From Sedimentisphaerales bacterium (GTDB lineage: Bacteria > Planctomycetota > Phycisphaerae > Sedimentisphaerales > Anaerobacaceae): 64,000 nt of DNA. Location of the stretch: assembly GCA_963708075.1 (NCBI GenBank), contig OY970194.1, forward strand, positions 800,001-864,000. The letters are read 5' to 3'. The position numbers were made by a program, and so were the translations under genes. The notes beneath the pieces are model-generated. The model saw nothing but the letters and a program-made list of their open reading frames with translations, ran no database searches and was not told the DNA's origin. Below, piece by piece: positions 58,612 to 64,000 of the stretch. Each line of letters starts with the position of its first letter. Within the stretch, counting starts at the first letter, position 1.

Positions 58612-61149
58612 TCATTCGGACTTGATCACTCGGATGTCATCGACGTACACGCTGCCTGCGCCGCCCGCTTTCGGGGCGTCGCGGTCCCCGGCTCCAATGT
58701 ATATCTTCTTGATCGCCGACAATGTCACGCCGCTATCGCTGAACCTCTTCAGCGGTATCTTCCACTCGACCCATTGCGTTGCCGTCAGCACGGTGGAATC
58801 CGGGTGAGTGGCAACGGCTGTGCGATTGTTCTTGTCCTGAATCGCGACGTAGAACGACGCGGGCCCGTTGAGAGCCTTGCCCCGGACGTAGAGGACCAGC
58901 GTGTTCATACCGTTGACGGTCCAGTCCTGCGGTGCAGTCCAGGTTCGCTCGGCCTCCGAGTAGTACGGCTTGATCGCATTGTTGTAGTCCATCGGCATGG
59001 ATTGCGAGCCGCCGTGGACGATGCGGGTCTCCGCGATGGTGCCGCCGTAGTACGGGCTGTCCGCATTCCAGATGTCATGCCCGACGACGGCGCCCGTGTC
59101 GTTGCCGGGGACATTCACAGGCTCGCTGTAGCCATAGCCGTCAAGCCAGGCCTGGAATATGCGGTTCCCGACCTCATTCGTGTAGCTCTCGAAGTCATCG
59201 ACGACGAGAAAAGCGGCCGTGGTGAAACTCCAGACGCTGCCTCGCCACGGGCTGTCGGCGGCGGCCGTGTTGACCTCATCGACGCGCCAGTAATACGTCT
59301 TGCCCCAGTCCAGAGTCCCCGGGTCAAACGTCATGGCATCGGCCGCCTGGCGGTTACGATAAATGTCTGCGGTCGTTGCGTCCGCGTTGGCCACTGCCTC
59401 GGCATTGTCGCCAAAGTACACGTCATGATGCGTGGCGCTCTCACCTGGGCTCCAACGGAGCACCGGGGCCTGATAGACATTCACGGCTGTGTTGGTCGGG
59501 TACGGGGTGGTGGCCCGAAGCGGCAACTGCAGGGGACCGGCCGGGATGATCTGCTTTTCAATCGACGGACTCTGCCACGACAATGCGGCCTTGGCGCTGC
59601 CCCCGTCCTCATGCCAGTCCATCTGCAGGCGGTAGATCTGGCCGGCGACGAGATCCACTTCCACCACCTCATCCGCTGTGCTGCCCCAATTGTTGATCAG
59701 TAACCGGCCGTCCAGCCAGAGCCGGACCCCGTCGTCGGTGTTGACGAACAGTCGATACGTCTGACTGAAGGGGACCTCAAGATCGGCCTTCCAGATCGCC
59801 GAAACGTTGTCACTGAGCCCCCCGGCAATTTCTCCGCCGCCCCAATTGTGGTCGATAGAATTCTCGACTTGCGTCAGCACGGGGGCGCCTTCGGCCTCGG
59901 TGCCCTTGAAGTACTGGGCCTTTACGCCGAGGCCCGGGCCAACCGTCTTGAAACTCCAGACGTTGCCCGGCCGAACCGTGTCGTCGATGAGATGCTCGTC
60001 GATCCGCCAGTAGTAGGTGGTATTCGCCGCGAGCGTGCCGGGGTCGAATGTCATCATAGGCTGATTGCCCTTGCGAGCACTCGCATCGCCCGCCTGGACA
60101 GCCGCCTTGTCCGTGCCGAAGTAGACATCGTGGGACACCGCGCCGGCCCCGGGCAGCCACTCCAGGTCGGCCTCGACGTCCACCCCTTTGCGATTGTCCC
60201 ATGGCTGAGGCGCGTAAGCGGCAGCAGGCGCTGAGGTGAAGCTCCAGACGTCGCCCGTGTAGACGGTCTTGCCGTCTGTTCCGATCTCATCCACACGCCA
60301 GTAGTAGGTCGTCTCCGGGGTCAGAAGAGGGGTAGCGATATGCGCCGCCCGGGAGAGGGGCAGACGGGTCACGTATTCCGCCTGGCCCGGCGTCGGGTTG
60401 ACGCCGAAGTACAGATCGTGGGAAGCGGCGGCGACCCCGGGCGTCCACTGAAGCAGCGGCGAGGACACGTTGATGGCTTTGTCCGCCGGTGTGGGCTCTG
60501 ATGCCTTGGCCGGTCCTCTATCGAACACCGCTGTCACCAGCTTGCCGCCGACATTCGATGTGACGGCGTAGCCGATGTAGACCTTCGGGGGAATCCCGGC
60601 TGCGGTGTCGCTGCCCACCTCCGTCCACGTCTTTCCGTCAGGCGAAACAGACCCGGCAAATGTGTCCCCGGTCCGCGTGACCTTGACCCAGTAGGGTGCG
60701 GTCATCGTCCCGCTACTCTCCACCAGGGCGACGCCGCTGACGGCAGTCCGGTAGAAAAGCATGACCCCGTGGTCCCTGGTGTCCGAATTGACGCTGACCC
60801 CCATGAAGATGAACGGCGAGCCGGCCATGTTTGGCACCACGCGAATCATCACGCCCGCCATAGAGTAGTCAGTCACAGGAGGATCGATGCTGGCCACCCT
60901 CGCGACCAGTTCACCGTTGCCGGTGAGTTCCTTGTACACGTAGCGGAACTGGTCCGACGTGCCCATGATCCCGGTGCCGTCCCCCTTGATGGTCCACGAG
61001 TCCGTGGCCGCCTGATACTGAGCGCTGCCGGCCGCCGCGGGACCGCCGACGTCAATGCTCGTCCAGCCCGCCGGCAGTTGGGCCTGAACAGAGGGTACAA
61101 AGGACAGGATTGAAAGGACCACAACCAGACGAATCACCGCTCTGCACAT
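58612..61149 (-). CDS. Secreted multidomain protein: lectin-like domain, PA14 domain and three FnIII-like repeats
   Basis: GGAGG RBS, signal peptide, three copies of L.W.PG..A..HDxYFG...TYYWRxDE...G.VWSF.T, PA14 motif TDDGVRLWLDG and terminal YVDDIRV. Confidence 0.85.
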   Translation of the reverse strand: MCRAVIRLVVVLSILSFVPSVQAQLPAGWTSIDVGGPAAAGSAQYQAATDSWTIKGDGTGIMGTSDQFRYVYKELTGNGELVARVASIDPPVTDYSMAGVMIRVVPNMAGSPFIFMGVSVNSDTRDHGVMLFYRTAVSGVALVESSGTMTAPYWVKVTRTGDTFAGSVSPDGKTWTEVGSDTAAGIPPKVYIGYAVTSNVGGKLVTAVFDRGPAKASEPTPADKAINVSSPLLQWTPGVAAASHDLYFGVNPTPGQAEYVTRLPLSRAAHIATPLLTPETTYYWRVDEIGTDGKTVYTGDVWSFTSAPAAAYAPQPWDNRKGVDVEADLEWLPGAGAVSHDVYFGTDKAAVQAGDASARKGNQPMMTFDPGTLAANTTYYWRIDEHLIDDTVRPGNVWSFKTVGPGLGVKAQYFKGTEAEGAPVLTQVENSIDHNWGGGEIAGGLSDNVSAIWKADLEVPFSQTYRLFVNTDDGVRLWLDGRLLINNWGSTADEVVEVDLVAGQIYRLQMDWHEDGGSAKAALSWQSPSIEKQIIPAGPLQLPLRATTPYPTNTAVNVYQAPVLRWSPGESATHHDVYFGDNAEAVANADATTADIYRNRQAADAMTFDPGTLDWGKTYYWRVDEVNTAAADSPWRGSVWSFTTAAFLVVDDFESYTNEVGNRIFQAWLDGYGYSEPVNVPGNDTGAVVGHDIWNADSPYYGGTIAETRIVHGGSQSMPMDYNNAIKPYYSEAERTWTAPQDWTVNGMNTLVLYVRGKALNGPASFYVAIQDKNNRTAVATHPDSTVLTATQWVEWKIPLKRFSDSGVTLSAIKKIYIGAGDRDAPKAGGAGSVYVDDIRVIKSE

Positions 61150-61340
61150 GATGTCCTCCTTCAAATGGGAAACCTCCGTTGCCGTGTCGTGCCCACCGAG
61201 GCACCTCCTATACCGTTGAAGACCTGCAAAATGCCGCAATTTGGCAAAGAATGGCTGGCAGAGATGACCACCCCGTATGATAGCAGATCGCCGCCCTCGT
61301 GGCAACAGAAAACCGGCCTTATCAGACCCCGCCCCGGCCC

Positions 61341-62876
61341 GGTGTGCGACTACATTTCGTGGGGTCAGGCGGGTATCTTGCGTTGGATGTCCCAGTAGTT
61401 ATGCCATAGATGGCTGGAACGCACTGACGCCAGGGCCATCATGGCCTCAGCATTGGGTTTGTCCCAGCGCATCCCTGGGCCTTTGAGCCGGACCGTCAAC
61501 GTCTTGCAGAAGGCCTCTGTCGGGCCCGAGCCGATCTCATAGCCGGCCGCTTTGAATTGTGGATACTGCGTCATCTCCTGGCGGACATCAATGAACTTGA
61601 TCAACTGCTCCAGGGCTTTGCGTTTGTCGGCGGCTCGAAGCGTCTTACGCAGGGCTTGGATCTGCTCCAGGGCCTGCTCGGGGCCTTGCTCTAAGAAGCA
61701 GCCACAGATCTGCTCACGCCAATGCTGGCTTTGCACACTGCCTTGGCCATAGACGCTTTGACTGGCCTTGATCACGTTGTCCCGCAGGTGATAGTAATCC
61801 AGGATGTTGGCCTTGAGCATCGGCAATTGGAGGTGGTATTGCTTGCGAATCCACTCGGCCCCGTCGCTCACCGAGTAGGCCAGAGCGGCTTGATCCAGCT
61901 TGAGTTGGCCGGCGTGCTGACGCATCAACTGGCCCAGCGTCTGGGCATTGCCGCTGGTGCCGATGGCATATTGGTGCTGTTTCGAGGGATCGTAGAACGC
62001 CACGATCTTGAACTCCTTGTACGGCAGATCACTGCCGGGATGCATCGGCCGACGCTTGGGCTGGCCCTTACGGCGACGGGCCCGTCGCTTGCGGCGTTTC
62101 TCTTTCTCCACCTGGGTGACCAAGGGCACCTTAACCCCATCGGCTCCGGTGATGATGCAGGTGGATTTGTTCGGTCCGGACCGGCAGTCCTCGGCCGCCC
62201 AGTCGGGGCCCAGAGCCCCCGAACGCTGCTGCGTCAGGACTTGCCGGCCCTCACCCTCGACAAGGCCGCGGACCGTCTCATGGCTGATGTGCAATTGACC
62301 GACGTAGGCCAGATTCTCGGCGGCGGTGCGAAAGTCACTGCCGACCGCCGCCCGGCAGCATAACTGGCGAACCCCCACGCTGTAGCGACTGTGGCTCATG
62401 CCCAGCCATTGATCCACCGGGGTGATGGAGCCCTTGCCGCGATTCCAATAGACCCGGCGGCGGATCTGAACAGGACCATTGACCGTCAGATACTCAATCG
62501 AACGGCAGCCTTTACTCTCGTACCTGGGGCCGTCGTCGCTGGGCATCGGGGGAAAAAGCCGCCTCACTGTGCTGCTGGCGTAATTGAAGGGCTCTCTCAT
62601 AGAGACGCTGGCGAAACAACGCACTGGCCTGGCGAACGAGTTCTTCGCTATCGGCAATGATGCGTCCGGCCTGGGCCTGATTGACGGCCTTGACCACGTC
62701 CTCGATCAAGGTATCGACCTCTCCCCTCATCGCCTTTTTCAACTGTGAGGCAGTGAGCTTCTCGTGCATGAGTACTTCCTTGCTGTATGACTGAATGACT
62801 GAATAATTCCATTCTCATCATACGCTGTCCAACTGCCCACAGGCCATACGATCCCCACGAAAATTAGTCGCACACC
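61341..62876 (-). mobile_element. ISKra4-like insertion sequence, 1536 bp
   Basis: 24-bp terminal IRs GGTGTGCGACTA(CA/AT)TTTCGTGGGG with 22/24 identity. Flanked by direct repeat CGGCCC at 61335-61340 and 62877-62882. Confidence 0.9.
61365..62769 (-). CDS. ISKra4-like DDE transposase in two overlapping frames
   Basis: ORF1 MHEKL...EAAFSP and ORF2 with GADG, SDGAEWI, LDYYH, IGSGPTEAFCK and RLKGPGMRW. The frames overlap at TTTTTCCCCC (62548-62557). Confidence 0.88.
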
Positions 62877-62909
62877 CGGCCCGCGGCTGAAGGGTCGCCA
62901 GCCATGAGA

Positions 62910-63351
62910 AATTGGCTTTGTTTCGCACAATGGGCCCTGCTCGTAGGGGCGGGTTTGAAACCCGCCCGTACAACTCTCGATGCCCTTAAAGGCACACTAC
63001 AAACCGGCCAGGCCAAATTGGCTTTGTTTCTCACCGGGGAATGATCCGTGTCTTCTTTTATAACCCCCTTTCCAAACAGAGGTTAGCGTCTATCCGTCTC
63101 TCGCCGAATTGGCTTTGTTTCACACACCAACTCCTGGCCCGCCCGGCGACAACCCCCGGGAATTGGCTTTGTTTCGCAGGACGCGCCGCAGCCGAATTGG
63201 CTTTGTTTCGCAAGACGGCTCCTGGATTCCCGGCGACTGTCTCTGGAATTGGCTTTGTTTCGCAGATTCGGCCCGTACTCCGCACTCCACAATCTGCACT
63301 CCGCACTCCGCAATCCCAGGGCGTCCGCCCCATAATTGGCTTTGTTTCGCA
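62910..63351. repeat. Seven direct copies of AATTGGCTTTGTTTC(G/T/A)CA with irregular spacers
   Basis: Copies start at 62910, 63016, 63107, 63161, 63195, 63247 and 63334. Spacers are 88, 73, 36, 16, 34 and 69 nt. Confidence 0.9.
62943..62971. repeat. GTAG-type REP hairpin
   Basis: GTAGGGGCGGGTTTGAAACCCGCCCGTAC. Confidence 0.8.
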
Positions 63352-63487
63352 CAACCGCCTTGTTGCTGTCCGCCCAGTGACGGCCCCCGGATTTCACTGC
63401 GTTCCGTCGGTCGGCCGGCAGGCGTGTCTCGCGGGGCATGGAAGACCCTCCGGGAATTTTGATTTTTGATGTTTGATTTTTGATTTG
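63277..63487. repeat. Heptamer tandem tracts
   Basis: (ACTCCGC/AATCCGC-like)n at 63277-63316 and (TTTTGAT-like)n at 63456-63487. Confidence 0.75.
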
Positions 63488-63764
63488 AACGGGGCCATCC
63501 GGCCTGCCTGGGCGCGCCGGCGGATCGGTGAGACGTGGTCACCAGACCCTATCCTATAGATAGACGCTCCAGGGGCCGAAATGTTGCAGGAAGTTTCGTT
63601 AGATAGCGACAATACATTGAGATGCTTTCTAAGCTCTTGCGGCTGAATGACTTATACGTGGCTACCCTCCGGTGTCCCGCCTCTCGGCTTGCATTTCCGC
63701 AGGTTTGGGCGTACACTGAGGTTGTGGCCTCCGAACTGTTGCGCTATTGAGATCGAGAGCAGTC

Positions 63765-64000
63765 ATGGTCGCGGATACGACACTTGCGGATGGCAGTACC
63801 CGAGGAAAGGCACTATGGCTCAAGCTCAGTGTGCTTGGGGCTGTGGTACTCTGTCTCCTTATTGCGGTCCTGCTGCATCGAGACAAGTTGTCTACACCTA
63901 TTCCCAGTGATTCTACGCGGGCCGAGGTTGAGCTAAACGAGTTGCCTAATCCTGTTCCCATCGATTCTACGCGGGTCGAGGTCGAGCCACCCGCGTTGCT
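63765..64000 (+). CDS. 5' part of a membrane-anchored protein with an 18-aa tandem repeat (runs off window)
   Basis: MVADTT...LWLKLSVLGAVVLCLLIAVLL...PIPSDSTRAEVELNEL / PVPIDSTRVEVEPPAL, with a 54-bp period. Confidence 0.6.
   Translation, partial: MVADTTLADGSTRGKALWLKLSVLGAVVLCLLIAVLLHRDKLSTPIPSDSTRAEVELNELPNPVPIDSTRVEVEPPAL

Noticed and set aside
62910..63351. CRISPR array
   Set aside because: The repeat is only 18 bp, spacers range from 16 to 88 nt, and no cas genes or leader are in the window.
63041..63612. ORFs with CETKPI/NKAN/KQSQF peptide repeats
   Set aside because: The repeat falls in changing frames on both strands, so these are by-products of the DNA repeat.
1..64000. tRNA/rRNA genes
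   Set aside because: None recognised by eye. tRNAscan-SE/Infernal would be needed to exclude them.

Overview
GC-rich bacterial window. Gene families and repeat types suggest an anaerobic planctomycete (Phycisphaerae/Sedimentisphaerales-like); this is inference, since no marker gene is present. The first ~29 kb is one co-oriented (+) island that looks like a self-contained extracellular electron transfer (EET) system. It has heme supply (hemA, ahbD, ahbC, ahbA), a membrane histidine kinase with a RegB-type GGxxNPF motif, a sigma54 NtrC-type activator, an Rrf2 regulator and a polyprenyl synthase. It has five multiheme c-type cytochromes (about 48 heme motifs by manual count): a NapC/NirT-like membrane cytochrome, a 15-heme periplasmic cytochrome, a standalone OmcE-like tetraheme candidate nanowire subunit, a 5-heme lipoprotein and a 12-heme protein with an OmcE-like N-terminal module. 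It also has two NHL beta-propeller lipoproteins, a large outer-membrane beta-barrel and a Ccm (System I*-type) maturation operon. The OmcE-like gene sits behind a sigma54 promoter with three upstream copies of a TCTC-N6-GAGA-like palindrome that recurs elsewhere in the island. From 29 to 61 kb are sugar/oxidoreductase and secreted-protein genes, five with small frameshifts. An intact ISKra4-like IS (24-bp IRs, 6-bp TSD, T5C5 shift site) and a repeat-rich non-coding tract close the window. Family assignments come from recognising motifs by eye; no searches were run.
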